Source of the DNA: Eledone cirrhosa | Lineage: Eukaryota | Direction: 5' to 3' | Length of the DNA stretch: 64,000 bases | Assembly (NCBI GenBank): GCA_964016885.1 | Contig: OZ024744.1 | Coordinates: 38,254,001-38,318,000, forward strand | The notes under the pieces: generated by a model | What the model was told of the DNA's origin: nothing | The model's input: only the letters and a program-made list of their open reading frames with translations | The model's database searches: none | Program-made: the position numbers and the translations under genes | Shown here: positions 24,975 to 38,940 of the stretch, piece after piece | How positions within the stretch are numbered: the stretch's first letter is position 1 | How the letters are laid out: every line of letters begins with the position of its first letter

Positions 24975-25745
24975 TTTGGGGCCGATCGATAAAATAAAGT
25001 ACCAGTCACACACTGGGGCCGATAAACTAAAGTACCAGTCACGAACTGGGGTCGATAAGATAAAATACCAGTCATACACTCAGGTCGATAAAATAAAGCA
25101 CCAGTTATGCATTGGGGTCGATTTAATCGAACTTCCCCTTCTCCAGAAATTGCTGGCCTTGTGCGTAAATCAGAAACTATTATTTGAACTGAAATATTAT
25201 GTATTATTTTTTACGTTGTCTCCTTCCCTGGTGGGTGGGTTCATACAAGTTGCAGTCTATTATATTTTGTAGCAGTACGGCATTATTATTAGTAGTAGTT
25301 CAAATCCCGCTGAGGTTAACTTTGCCTTTCATCCTTACGGGGTCGATAACTAAAAGTACCAGTAATGCGCTGGGATAATTGCTGGCCTTGTGCCTAAAGT
25401 AGAAACAATTATTATTAGTAATAGTGGATTGGCAGTATTGGTAGAGGGTCGGACGCCATGCTTTCCAGCATAGTAACGTCCCTTGCGGTCTGAGTTCAAA
25501 TCACTCCGAGGTTAACTTTGCCTTTCATCCTTACGGGGTCGATAAAATAAAAGTACCAGTAATGTACTGGGTAATTGATGGCTTGTGCCAAAAGTAGAAA
25601 CAATTATTATTAGTAATAGTAGGGCAGTGGATCGGCAATATGTGTAGTGCATCGGACACACTGCTTCGTGGCATAGAGTTATAGCCCTTTATGTTCTCAG
25701 TTCAAATCCCGCCGGGGTTAGATTTGCTTTTCATCCTTATGGGTT
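24975..25745 (+). mobile_element. Tandem SINE cluster, including a 4x repeat of the about 33-bp SINE core end
   Basis: gataaaataaagtaccagtc..ctggggtc four times at 24988-25120; SINE copies at about 25295, 25423 and 25622. Confidence 0.85.
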
Positions 25746-27125
25746 CAGGATGGACGGATGGACCATTAAAGTTGTTCGGGGTCTGGTATGGTCCAGACCT
25801 CTAGGTGGATAGAAACTATGATAGGGTAACGGGTAGTGTGTGGACACATTTATCCAGAAAGTGATGGCGAACGTTTACATTGCTTCCATTCTCTATAACC
25901 GCCTGACTATCGTACCGAGCCCCAGTTCGCGCGTCACTAGATACGAGCACCTAGTCTTTCACTTCTTGTGGAGGGGACAGGTTCCAGTGGTGAGGTGGTC
26001 CATCTGCTACCAACAACCTTTGCGCGGAGGGCGGGTCATGCCGTGACTAATGATGTGCAAACAGATATCCCTAAATGGTGAACAGCTGTGGTCGCTATTT
26101 GTGTGGCACGTCTTTCCGCAGCTCGTCTCTTTGACTGAGCTGCAGTCCTGGGTCAAGCGGAGATCAGCTTGGGTGCCTGGCATCTGGAATGTTGTCTGCC
26201 GCTCATAGCTTTCTACCAATCGGGCAATGCAGTCAGTGGAAATTCCACGTTAGCGATTTATAGAGGACGTAGGGGGTTAAATGCGACGATGTTCTCGGGG
26301 AGACTCTACGCGTCTACGAAAATCGAACTAGCCAGTCTGTTATGGAGAGACTTTCTGTCCGGGGCTTATGGATAATTTCCAGAAATTCTATGGCCTGGCA
26401 GTGCTACCGGGGGGGTGGGGGGGGATTTACAGTTCGACATATACTCTACAAACATGGAAGTGCTGTCTGGCGGACTTGTTTGTGATGTGCGCAGAAACAA
26501 AATTGTTCTACATTCAATAGTCATGTGTCCAGGAATTGCTGATTGTTGAGTTATGTCGAACAGCTGTTATCGCGAGTAAGATGGATCCGATTATCGGCCG
26601 ACTCCATCTTGAAGTTAGCCGCGCCATCTTCTTTTTTTTTCGGGAAAGACAGGCAATTTCTCTCGGCCTAGTGGCTGTAGCAAAAGAGGTAGTGTGGTGA
26701 ACGCGACTGAAAGGACTAAAGACACACTTTCCGCTTCGTGCAAGCTCTCATCAATTTTTTCAAGTTCCACTTGGAAAGGAAGGTAAAGGTGGAGAGGGAA
26801 GTGTTTCCCCCCAGTATATTTGCTTAAAGGTGGGTGAGTGTAGCGAGGATAGTTCGAGTGAATGTACTTACTCACCCTGACCGTGTGCTTGTAGGGTGGC
26901 CAGTTTCAATAGAATAGGGGCACCTTGCCATTGTACTCTTGGTGGTTCGGATGGTTTCGGATCTGTGGGGTTCCTAAATCATCCCTGGATGGGTACATGG
27001 AATTCTGTTGTTGGTTACCTGTTTTTTTTTTTGGGGGGGGGGGGGGGGGGGCATATGTTTTTTTAATTATATGCAAATCCTTACTGTCTTGTTTTTTTTC
27101 GGCCCTCGTGGTCAATAAAGAAATT
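25746..27125 (+). mobile_element. Degenerate L1/Tx1-type LINE 3' portion
   Basis: LVFHFLWRGQVPVVRWSICYQQPLRGG..MP resembles the L1/Tx1 post-RT motif; ends caataaagaaa; truncates the SINE at 25745. Confidence 0.6.
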
Positions 27126-27627
27126 ATAATAGTTATTAGTTTTAATTTTGATAAGGTCAGTTCTTGATTTCTATATCCTTAATGCTTTCAAGAATTACAT
27201 AGATATCATTTAGCCTCATTTATCTGAGTCTGAGTCTGAATCGTTGTGCGTTTGTTAAAAATCAATATTTTTAATTCTGAAAACTATTGAATGTAATATG
27301 TTTCATTAGTTAACAGTATAATCCACAAGAACTACATTCCTATAGCATGGTCTCTCTGTGTTGCCTAACACAAACTAAACAACTAGAGAACGTTATAAGC
27401 ATGATTGTATGTAAGCCAATGTAATTACATTTAAAAGTAAATTATTCTGAAATGACAGCGAGAACGAACAACTCAAACGTTGGAATCACTGATGTTGTTA
27501 CTTTAGGAATATTCGCAATAGCTGACCTATCAAAATTGGCTTATATTCATATAATACTGCCAATCAACCGCCCCAACGACTCTGACAGTAATGTATACAG
27601 TGTAATCTCTATTTATTATCATAAACT

Positions 27628-27835
27628 GTTGGCAGTATCGATAGAGATTTGGACACTATGCTTTGCGGCACAGCGTTATGGCCCTTTACGTTCTGAGTTT
27701 AAATCCTGCCGAAATTAGCTTTGCCTTTCATCCTTGCGAGGTCGATAAAATAAGCACCAGTAATCCACCGGAGTCAATTTAATTGACTTTCTCCACCCCT
27801 TCAAATTTCTGGCCTGTGCTTGTAGTAGAAATAAT
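27628..27835 (+). mobile_element. tRNA-derived SINE
   Basis: Same core as the other copies. Confidence 0.75.
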
Positions 27836-28409
27836 TATTATAAACTGTTGCTCTCCATCGTAATTATTTACAGATAGGTAGATATGGAGATTTTAACTTG
27901 TGGAATTTTTTCCGAATTTCTCTGATATTAGTTCAAATCAAACTGAGGTCAGCTTTGCCTTTTATCGTTTTGGTGTCGATATAACAATGTAGACGACCAA
28001 CGCAGTGGACTGATGGAATTGCTGGAACACTAAATCTGATACTCTGCGATATTTCAAACTATACTGTTGCCAACTTGGATTGTAGACTTAGTCCGTCACC
28101 TGGTTTAATGCAGGCACCATTTAGTGAAGACCAAGATCTTGCATGAATTTGGATCATATCTCGGTTTGAGGATACATTTTCTCCTTTATTTCCTCTATCC
28201 TACCATCCTTCACTTCCACGAGTCTTTGAGGCCCTGTAATAGTTGTGGCACTGATCGACTCTCCATGATTAATTATTTTAAAAAACCCTCAAAATAAACT
28301 ACCCTTGATGATAACAAACTTAACATGTTTGTACTGATTTCCGGCTGCATAAAATTCAATAGAGAACAAGAAAACTAGTTTTTAAGAGCAACAAAACTAG
28401 AAAATAAAA

Positions 28410-28903
28410 TAATTGTTTCTACTTTTGTACAAGGTCAGCAATTACCCAGTACATTATTTTATCGAACTCGTAAGGATGAAAGGCAAAGTTAACCTCGACG
28501 GGATTTGAACTCAAACCGTAAAGGGACGTAACTCTATGCTAGAAAGCATGGCGTCCAACCCTCTACCGATACTGTCAATTCACCACCCTGCAACAGTTTA
28601 TAATAATAAATAATTGTTTCTACTTTTGGCACAAGGCCAGCAATTATCTCAGTGTATTACTGGTACTTTATTTTATCGACCCCGTAAGGATGAAAGGCAA
28701 AGTTAATCTCGGCGGGATTTGAACTTAGACCATAAAGGACCGTAACTCTTTGCTCCAAAGCATGGCGTCAGACCCTCTACCGATACTGCCAATCCACCGC
28801 CCTTTATAATAATAAATAATTGTTTCTACTTTTGGCACAAGGCCAGCAATTACTCAGTGTATTACTGGTACTTTATTTTATCGACCCCATAAGGATGAAA
28901 GGA
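28410..28903 (-). mobile_element. Three tandem SINE copies
   Basis: ttttatcgaccccgtaaggatgaaaggcaaag-type core at about 28460, 28672 and 28876. Confidence 0.85.
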
Positions 28904-29094
28904 ATAAATAATGCAAGTTATTTTACTCTCTCTTCACATAAATAACTCTTTTTATTCAACCTTTTAGAAAATATTAACTTTAACAATTTTCTCTAGAAAG
29001 ATTAAGCAATCAAAATGACCTAGACATATTTAGGAAAACTTACATAAATTCTCACAGTGAAGCATTATTTTCTCCTTATCGGATTTGTGTCATA

Positions 29095-29245
29095 CAGTTA
29101 CAGCCCTTTAGTTGTGAGTTCAAATCCCGCCAAAGTTAGCTTTGCTTTTCATTCTTACGGGATCGATAAAATAATGTACTGGGGTCGATGTAATCGACTT
29201 TCCCCTCACCCAAAATCACTGGTCTTGTTCCTAAATTAAAAACCA
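29095..29245 (+). mobile_element. SINE fragment
   Basis: gagttcaaatcccgcc..gatcgataaaat. Confidence 0.7.
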
Positions 29246-29632
29246 TTGTGTTCTCCTTGATTTACTTTTAAATGTGTATAAATACAAGTATGCTTATTCC
29301 CAGGCTTCTGTAATAAACTACAAATTGTACAAGACAGCACACTTCAAAACTAAACAGGTATATGAACAATATACAAATTAAAGCAAAAGTCCCTATCATT
29401 ACAATTACATTCATCAGGATTATCTACCGTACCATAGATTGCTACTATAAAACCAAACTAAAATCATTACTGGGATGTGGGGGGAAATAGATTACTTTAG
29501 AGCCCCCATAGTTTCAGGTTCTATCCTACAACGTGTCATCTTTGTAAAATGTCTTCTACAAATTCTACTTGTGAGTAGAATTTGATGGGTGAAAATTGTA
29601 GAAGCCTGTCATAGCCAATTACACAGACAGAC

Positions 29633-29692
<60 letters not shown>

Positions 29693-29699
29693 ACACACA

Positions 29700-29777
<78 letters not shown>

Positions 29778-29881
29778 GTATCAATAGATCAATAGGAAGT
29801 CAGATTTGCAGGTTGTTATGAAACTTTATTGCATATTACAATTGTTTCGATATCGATCAGATCGGGTTTGATCAGATGATC

Positions 29882-29903
29882 TGATCTCCACTCTTAACAC
29901 CTA

Positions 29904-29957
<54 letters not shown>

Positions 29958-29979
29958 TAGGTGTTAAGAGTGGAGATCA
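29882..29979. repeat. Perfect inverted repeat centred on (TA)n
   Basis: tgatctccactcttaacacctattca-(TA)n-tgaataggtgttaagagtggagatca. Confidence 0.9.
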
Positions 29980-30176
29980 TATCATATATATATATATATA
30001 TATATATAAACATTGGCTGGACTGGATCTTTGCTCTTTAAACTCTGCTGGTGATCGAACTTTGTAGAGAAACATATCACATGTGGATGCGCAGTCTGCAA
30101 CTGACGGAGTTTAACGTGAACGTAATAGTATATATAAAGAAAGACACACACACACATATATATATATATATAAATG

Positions 30177-30415
30177 AAGTATTTCCGTAGGAAATGTAAA
30201 GGAAAAGCGAGTGCTCTATGTAGGCTACAGAGCTTTTTAGTTATGTAATAAACAACATAAGATAATTATTTCATTTACCAATGGTTTCATTCATCAGAAT
30301 AAATTTTATTATGGAAATAATAATAAATTTATTCTGATGAATGAAGACAAACATAAGCGTCAAGCTCTTCGGGAAACCAAGTGTAAATGAATTAATTATC
30401 TTATGCTGTTTATTA
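30177..30415. mobile_element. pLTR fold-back with two back-to-back HHRs (30269-30303 minus, 30328-30391 plus)
   Basis: Plus: tttatt-CTGATGA-atgaaga..tcttcgg-GAAAC-caagt-GTA-aatgaa. Minus: tttatt-CTGATGA-at-GAAAC-cattg-GTA-aatgaa. Confidence 0.75.
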
Positions 30416-30534
30416 CGCCGATACCACCCTTATATTAACATACTTTTGCTCATAGCTTCGTACTTACATACACACACACGCTTTTACTCACATATAAACA
30501 GCCATTTCTTCTTAGCTTCGTATGGACGTATAAT

Positions 30535-30612
<78 letters not shown>

Positions 30613-30839
30613 TGCTTACGCACGCGCTCAAGTATAGAGCTTTTTCCAAAACGGGTTTTTTTCCATTTCAGTTAGACGCGCTCCATCATCCACTTTTCTA
30701 AAAGACAAATCATACACAAATTGACAGCACCAACAGTTTTGCAAGAAATGTCAACATTAATGGATCTGTTATTTTTATCTAAAGACAATTTTTCTAATTC
30801 CATCCCGCCCATCCCCTTAATCTATTTTATTTCTCATTC

Positions 30840-30878
30840 TTTCTCCTGATGAAGGACTAGCGTCCGAAACGTTAAGAC
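30840..30878 (+). ncRNA. Minimal hammerhead-like motif
   Basis: CTGATGA-a-ggac-tagc-gtcc-GAAACGTT; stem I is weak. Confidence 0.45.
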
Positions 30879-30979
30879 CCTCTTCCTGTTATATCAAGCG
30901 TTAACTTAATATATACCATCCATATACTGTACCGATTGTGTTGTTATTTCTGTTTACCTTTTAGATACATATATCTCCT

Positions 30980-31921
30980 TATAATATATAACCAGCAATT
31001 TCTCTGTTTATCTGTCTGTCCGACAGTGGAAACACGTGCGCGCGTGCGAATATTTTTTGCGCACGCGTAGAGAGAGAGTGAGAGTGAAAGAAAGAGACAG
31101 ACTGCGGGAGGGGGATAGCGGGAGGGAGAGAGGGAGAGAGAGAGACTGAATAGACGCTAAAACACGTGCGCGCGTGCGAATGTTTTTTGCGCACGCGTAG
31201 AGAGAGAGTGAGAGTGAAAGAAAGAGACAGACTACAAGAGGAGGATAGCGGGAGGGAGAGAGGGGGGAATTGAGGAGTGCTACAGAAACATATATACATT
31301 TCTGTGTGTGTGTAATATATATATATGTACACACACAGAAATATATATACACACAGAAATATATATACATTTCTGTGTGTGTAATATATATATATATATA
31401 TATACACACAGAAATATATATACATTTCTGTAAGATCTTAAAATAGCATTCTTTCGTTGTTTTCGAATTTGCTCCATGGTTAAAGTCATTAAAAGTATAA
31501 TGCTATATGTAATAAAGAAACCATTATTATTATAATAAATGAATAAATAATAGCTAAATAAAGAAACCATAATGATATATGTAATACATAATATATAACC
31601 AGCAATTTCTCTGTTTGTCTGTCTGTCCGACAGTGGAAACACGTGCGCGCGTGCAAATGTTTTATGCGCACGCGTAGAGAGAGAGTGAGAGTGAAAGAAA
31701 GAGACAGACTACGAGAGGGGATAGCGGGGGGGGAGAGAGGGAGAGAGAGAGAGAGTGAATAGACGCTAAAACACGTGCGCGCGTGCGAATGTTTTTTGCG
31801 GACGCGTAGAGAGAGAGTCAGAGTGAATGAAAGAGACAGACTACAAGAGGGGAATAGCGGGAGGGAGAGAGGGAGGAATTGAGGAGTGCTACAGAAACAT
31901 ATATACATTTCTGTGTGTGTG

Positions 31922-31976
<55 letters not shown>

Positions 31977-32069
31977 AATATATATATATACACACAGAAA
32001 TATATATACATTTCCGTGTGTGTAATATATATATATACACACAGAAATATATATACATTTCTGTGTGTG

Positions 32070-32135
<66 letters not shown>

Positions 32136-32335
32136 CACACACAGAAATGTATATATATTTCTGTGTGTATATATATATATATTACACACACAGAAATGTA
32201 TATATATATACACACAGAAATATATATACATCCCTTAGCTACTGTACTGTATCTGTTGCTATCTCTCTCTCTCTCCAGCTATCCCTCTCTTTTAGTCTGT
32301 CTGTTTCTCTCACTCTCACTCTTTCTCTTTGTAAC
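30980..32335. repeat. Unclassified direct repeat of about 605 bp with ~130-bp subunits and a diverged inverted copy
   Basis: 30983-31430 matches 31590-32010; subunit acacgtgcgcgcgtgcgaat..gagagtgaaagaaagagacagact occurs four times; inverted remnant at 32270-32330. Confidence 0.8.
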
Positions 32336-32471
32336 ACACTAACATTCCTCCCCTCTATCGCTGTGACGAATGGGGAGGAGGAGGAGGAGGAGGAGGAGGA
32401 GAGTCACTTCGTCACTTCACCTCTGCCTTTCTTTCTCTCCCCTCTCACTCCCTCATTACGTACAGACATTA

Positions 32472-32642
32472 GGGCGGTGGATTGGCAGAATCTGTAGAGA
32501 GTCGGACACCATGCTTCATAGCATGGAGTTACGTCCCTTTACGGTCTGAGTTCAAATACCGCCGAGGTTAACTTTGCCTTTAATCCTCACAGGGTCGATA
32601 AAATAAAGTACCAGTAATGTACTGGGTAATTTCTGGCCTTGT
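32472..32642 (+). mobile_element. tRNA-derived SINE
   Basis: Full A box, B box and core. Confidence 0.85.
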
Positions 32643-32919
32643 CATTATATATAAACGTTTCTATTTCCATCGTTTTATCGTAAACGTTTATATATTTCCA
32701 TCGTTATATCATAACTTTTATGTATCATAACTTTTATATTTCCGTCACTAATCTCTTTTTCTCCTTTTTCATTTTAACATATATTTATTTCAAAGATTTC
32801 ACCGTATAGATAACATATATATTTATACATGCATAAAAGACACCGAGAGACGGTGAACATGTGGTGCCGAAAACATTTCTCATCCAATCTCAACAATATC
32901 AGTATATACACTAGATTTG

Positions 32920-34360
<1,441 letters not shown>

Positions 34361-34376
34361 ATACATACCAGGATAA

Positions 34377-34457
34377 TGTCCCTACCCTTGGGTGTCGTTC
34401 GCATTTTGAGATATCCTATTAAGGATAAATCTCGAGCTTCGAACTCGTCAGGAGACA
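34377..34457 (-). ncRNA. Type I hammerhead motif with extended stem II (GACA in place of GAAA)
   Basis: Minus strand: tgtctc-CTGACGA-gttcg-[38 nt containing a hairpin]-cgaac-GACAC-ccaagg-GTA-gggaca. Lies in a segment (34365-34684) continuing the pLTR end of the 13036-17052 family. Confidence 0.65.
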
Positions 34458-34681
34458 AACTGACCTGGCAGTAATCAAGTCAGAAAGAGTGTGATTGGTT
34501 GTTTACGGCGAGTGGGTTGGTAACGAAGGAGATGTGGTAAGGAACCAGATGGACCATAACGCACCAGAGTACTCAATACTTAGGGTAGTAGAGTGGGTAA
34601 TAGGAAAAAGTATGACCCCGACGGCGGAGCTCAAGCCGTTTCGACGGCTATTTAAACTGCTTGAGCTCTGCCGTCGGGGTC

Positions 34682-34715
<34 letters not shown>

Positions 34716-34822
34716 ATAAATATTTCGTATATCCAAAGAAATACGGCTTTAGGAAGTCGTAGCTATGCAAACACCAGGGGGCTAACGCCCTCTGGTGATG
34801 TCCAGCAGAAGCAAGAGGGACA

Positions 34823-34866
34823 ACCGTCTATCAATTTCGGGCTTAACTTGCCTTCGTCAGGACGGT
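34823..34866 (-). ncRNA. Type I hammerhead ribozyme
   Basis: Minus strand: accgtc-CTGACGA-a-ggc-aagttaa-gcc-c-GAAAT-tg-ATA-gacggt. Confidence 0.8.
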
Positions 34867-35031
34867 CCCTCCCACCGCTTGCGACTGCTGGACTAGAGGA
34901 CAGGCGAGAATATATATTTTTCTCGTCTGTGTAAATGAGGTGATTAATCTCATTTGCATATGAAGCTGCATAAGTTGGCTCAACTTACAATAAAAAAGAA
35001 ATAGAATTTCGCTTCAAGCATAGCTTTATAC

Positions 35032-37971
35032 CAGGGGTTGGCAACCCCCGCCATCGAGCCACATCCGGCCCTCGAGTGATTTTTGTCCGGCCCGCCATCT
35101 TACACTGGACACTAATTATCTAATTAGTATCGAATACAGATAGAGAGTTCACTTCAAGGTTGTGCCGACCTGGTGCCCATCACAAATCGCTGCTCATACC
35201 GTATATATTTACAGACACCTTTGTAACCTTATTATATTTTCCATTTATTATTATTTCCTCTTATCCATCTTTTTCTGGGCTCACCTGTATTATTATTTCC
35301 TGTGATCTTATGTAAGTGGTTTTGTTCCAGTCAACAAACACAAATGTTGGCTGGAAGTATGCATTTTCGTCAGCGACTGGAAGGTATACTACCTTACGGT
35401 TCGTATGACTCGCTTTTAAACTCATATTGTCATTCAATAAAATCACTCGTGAATTATTGTCGTCTTCGTTTGCCTGACCTTACCTGTGCCCCTCGGCACA
35501 AGGTAAAGTTGTCCTTGGAAAAATTACTTTGTTCCCTCCTCCCCAGAGTATTTTCATTTGAATGTGTTGTCTGGTGGTATAACAACTATACAGTAGGTAT
35601 CTTTATTCGATACTAACGTTTATTTAATTATTTGTGATAAATTGTGTGAATTATTATTATTAGAATTAGGCCAAAAGTGGTTTAAAAATACAAATGGCAA
35701 CCCTGATCTAACAACGTCGTTAGAAATCTGGTTTTATATAATTTATTCACAATTATCATATTTTATCGCATTACTGTATTTGCATTTATATTTGTTTTCA
35801 TTGTTTCTTATTTCTTCATTCTGATTATTATACCTTTTGTTCTTTTTCCTTTCCATAAATCTTTTTTGTTTGAACAAAAACAAACCCATGGAAGCTAAGA
35901 AAAGAAAAGTGGATTTGGAGTGCCCAACTTTTAACGATGGCGGGACACTTAGCTATTTTTTCATTGAGCACTTCGGAAAATGTGTTTGCTTAATTTGTCA
36001 AGAAACCATTGCCGTGAAGAAAGTTTCAAATATTAAACGGCACTATGAAACTCGTCATAATAATTCAAACAGTTTTATTGGAAAAGCACGAGTAAATGAA
36101 GTTGCACGGCTGAGAAATAATGTAACAAAGCAATCATCCTTTTTCACTAGAAAAGTTGAAGAAAGTGACCGAAACACTCGTGCGAGCTACGAGGTGTCAA
36201 ATCTAATTGCAGAAAGGATGAAACCTTTTACTGATGGAGATTTCTTCAAAGAATTATTGTTGAAGGTAGCAGATGTTGTTTGTCCAGAAAAAAGGGAATT
36301 ATTTTCTGCGATCAGCTTATCGGCAAGAACAGTAACAAGGCGAATTGAAGAGCTGGCAGCAAATGTCAGAAATGGCTTGGAGGGCATTTTAAATAATCTG
36401 GAGTATATTTCCATTGCTATCGATGAATCCACAGATATGAAGGATACTTGTCAAGCTGCAGTGTTTGTGAGGGGTGTAACACCAACATTTGATATTGTGG
36501 AAGAATGTGTACAATTGATTCCTATGAAGGACACTAGCACTGGAGCAGATATTTTGGAAAGCATAATAAAATGGATTACCGAAATGAATCTGGATTCATC
36601 AAAGCTTTCTGGAGTAGTCACAGATGGAGCACCAGCAATGGTTGGAGAGAAAAAGGGGTTTGTTGCATTGCTGCAAAACCACATCGGTATTGATAAAAAA
36701 AAATCAAACTTCATTGCATTATTCATCAAGAAGCATTATGTGCAAGGTCACTGAATTTTAAGGACATCATGGCAGTGGTCGTGAATTTTATACTGTCAAG
36801 AGGACTAAATCACTGCCAGTTTCAAGAATTTCTAAAACAAATTGAAGCAGAGTATGGTGACCTTACATATTTTTCAAATGTTCGATGGCTTAGCCGCGGA
36901 AAAATGATAGAACGAGTATATGCATTGAGAGAAGAGATTTCTATGTTTTTAGAGAGCAAAGACCAAGATAATTCTTATTTTCAGGATACAGAGTGGGTTG
37001 TCAAATTAGCTTTTTTAGTGGACATCACGACCCACATGAACACTTTGAATCTTGAGCTTCAAGGAAAGAACAAGGTTGTATTTGAGATGTTTGTTCAAAT
37101 TATTGCTTTTGAGAGAAAACTTCGACTGTGGGAATCACAACTTCAAAAAGGAAACTACTCTCATTTCCCAAGTCTCCAAAATCACAAGAGAGATATAATA
37201 CCAGACATCTTTGTGAGCTCTATTAAGGATTTGAGAAGCGAGTTTTCCTCTCGTTTTGCTGACTTCCGGCAATATGGAACTCTATTTAAGTTATTTGGTA
37301 CTCCTTACGAAACAGATGTGGAGCAAGTAGCAGAAGAATATCAGTTGGAGTTAATTGACTTACGGTGCGACGAATCTTTGAAATCGAAATTTCAGTTCGA
37401 ATCCACTGCTGACTTCTACAAGAAATATATATTGCCAAGCGGAAAATATAAAAACATCTTGACTAATGCGAAACTGATGATATCATTATTTGGAAGTACA
37501 TATGCTTGTGAACAACTTTTTTCCAAAATGAAATATACTAAAAGTCATTTAAGAACAAGGTTGCGTGAAGACCACCTGGATGATGTTTTGCTCCTGTCAT
37601 CGACAAATATTTCACCTGATGTGGAGAAGTTATCGCACAATAAGCATTTAACATTTGTAACTGTATTTCGTTTGTAGCAAGGAATTTGCTTTTTTTTTTG
37701 TTGATTGTGATAGTAGTTGTTTTTCTGTTATTCCTGCAGTAAAATAAGGAATTTGCTTTTTTTTGTTGAATGTGTTTGTAGTTTTTGTTTTCTTGTTTTT
37801 TTTTTGTTATTACTGCAGTAAAATAAGGGGTCTTGTTAAAATAAAATTATATTAAATTCCTTGTTTTGCTTTAAACCTCCAGAAAATGTGTTTACATATT
37901 TAATAACATAGTGCTCCTCCATGACACTGCATAGCTGTTTGGCCCTCTCTCCAAAAGGTTGCCGACACCTG
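35032..37971 (+). mobile_element. hAT DNA transposon, Buster/SPIN-like
   Basis: TIRs caggggttggcaacc and ggttgccgacacctg (13/15); 8-bp TSD CTTTATAC at 35024-31 and 37972-79 (nnnTAnnn). Confidence 0.95.
35888..37677 (+). CDS. hAT transposase (about 596 aa); one frameshift at A-run 36695-36703
   Basis: BED-like CLIC..RHYETRH, IAIDESTD, VTDGAPAM, HCIIHQEALC after the shift, VRWLSRG, STYACEQLFS. Confidence 0.9.
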
Positions 37972-38699
37972 CTTTATACAATATGTATAAATATTTCGTA
38001 TATCCAAAGAAATACGGTTTTAGGAAGCCGTAGCTATGCAAACACCGGGTGCTAACGCCCTCTTATGATGTCCAGCAGAAGCAAGGGGGACAACCGTATG
38101 AAGCTATGCTTGAAGCGAAATCCTATTGAGCTAACTTATGCAGTTTCATATGCAAATGAGATTAATCACCTCGTTTATACAGACGAGAAAAGTATATATT
38201 CTCGCCTGTCTTCTAGTCCAGCAGTGGCAAGCGGTGGGAGGGACCGTCCTGACGAAGGTCAGTTAAGCCTAAAATGCATAGACGGTTGTCCCCCTTGCTT
38301 CTGCTGGACATCACCAGAAGGCGTTAGTCCAACGGTGTTTGCATAGCTACGGCTTCCTAAAACCGTATTTCTTTAGATATACGAAATATTTATACATATT
38401 GTATAAAGCTCTGCCTGAAGCGAAATCCTATTTCTTTCTTATATATATATAAAAGAGGGAGAAAGACAGAGAAATAGATAGACGTAAACATTCTACGTAA
38501 GTTTTCAGTTTTGTTTTCGTTTATGTTTCCCAAGAAGTGTTGAACCACATTTTAATATTATTGCAGAGCATCATCATTATCCGTATTATCTGCGATGATA
38601 TCCAATTAACGGGCGATAATGAGATCTCTGTCCATTTAATCCTTGCATTCGTTTCTTTGGATTCTTTGAACGGTTATTGTGACCATTTCTCTTATATAG

Positions 38700-38838
38700 A
38701 GAGATTTACGGCCCTTTACGTTCTGAGTTCAAATCCCGCCGAGGTTAACTTTACATTTCATCCTTACGGAGTCGATAAAATAAAGTACCAGTAATTCACT
38801 GAGGCAATTAATGGCCTTGTGCCAAAAGTAGAAACAAT
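38700..38838 (+). mobile_element. SINE, 5'-truncated
   Basis: B box plus core. Confidence 0.8.
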
Positions 38839-38940
38839 ATATTTTTATTTCTCGCCCTAGCACAGATGATATATAAATGTAGTAAGTATGCATACGTAAA
38901 CGCACACACACACACATATATATGTATATATATATATATA

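Larger units (their letters stand above)
34717..38440. mobile_element. HHR repeat family X (about 330-bp tandem units plus inverted copy), split by a hAT insertion
   Basis: 34717-34827 matches 37988-38097; plus copy at 38128-38438; HHRs at 34823-34866 (-) and 38243-38286 (+, G12A). Confidence 0.8.
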
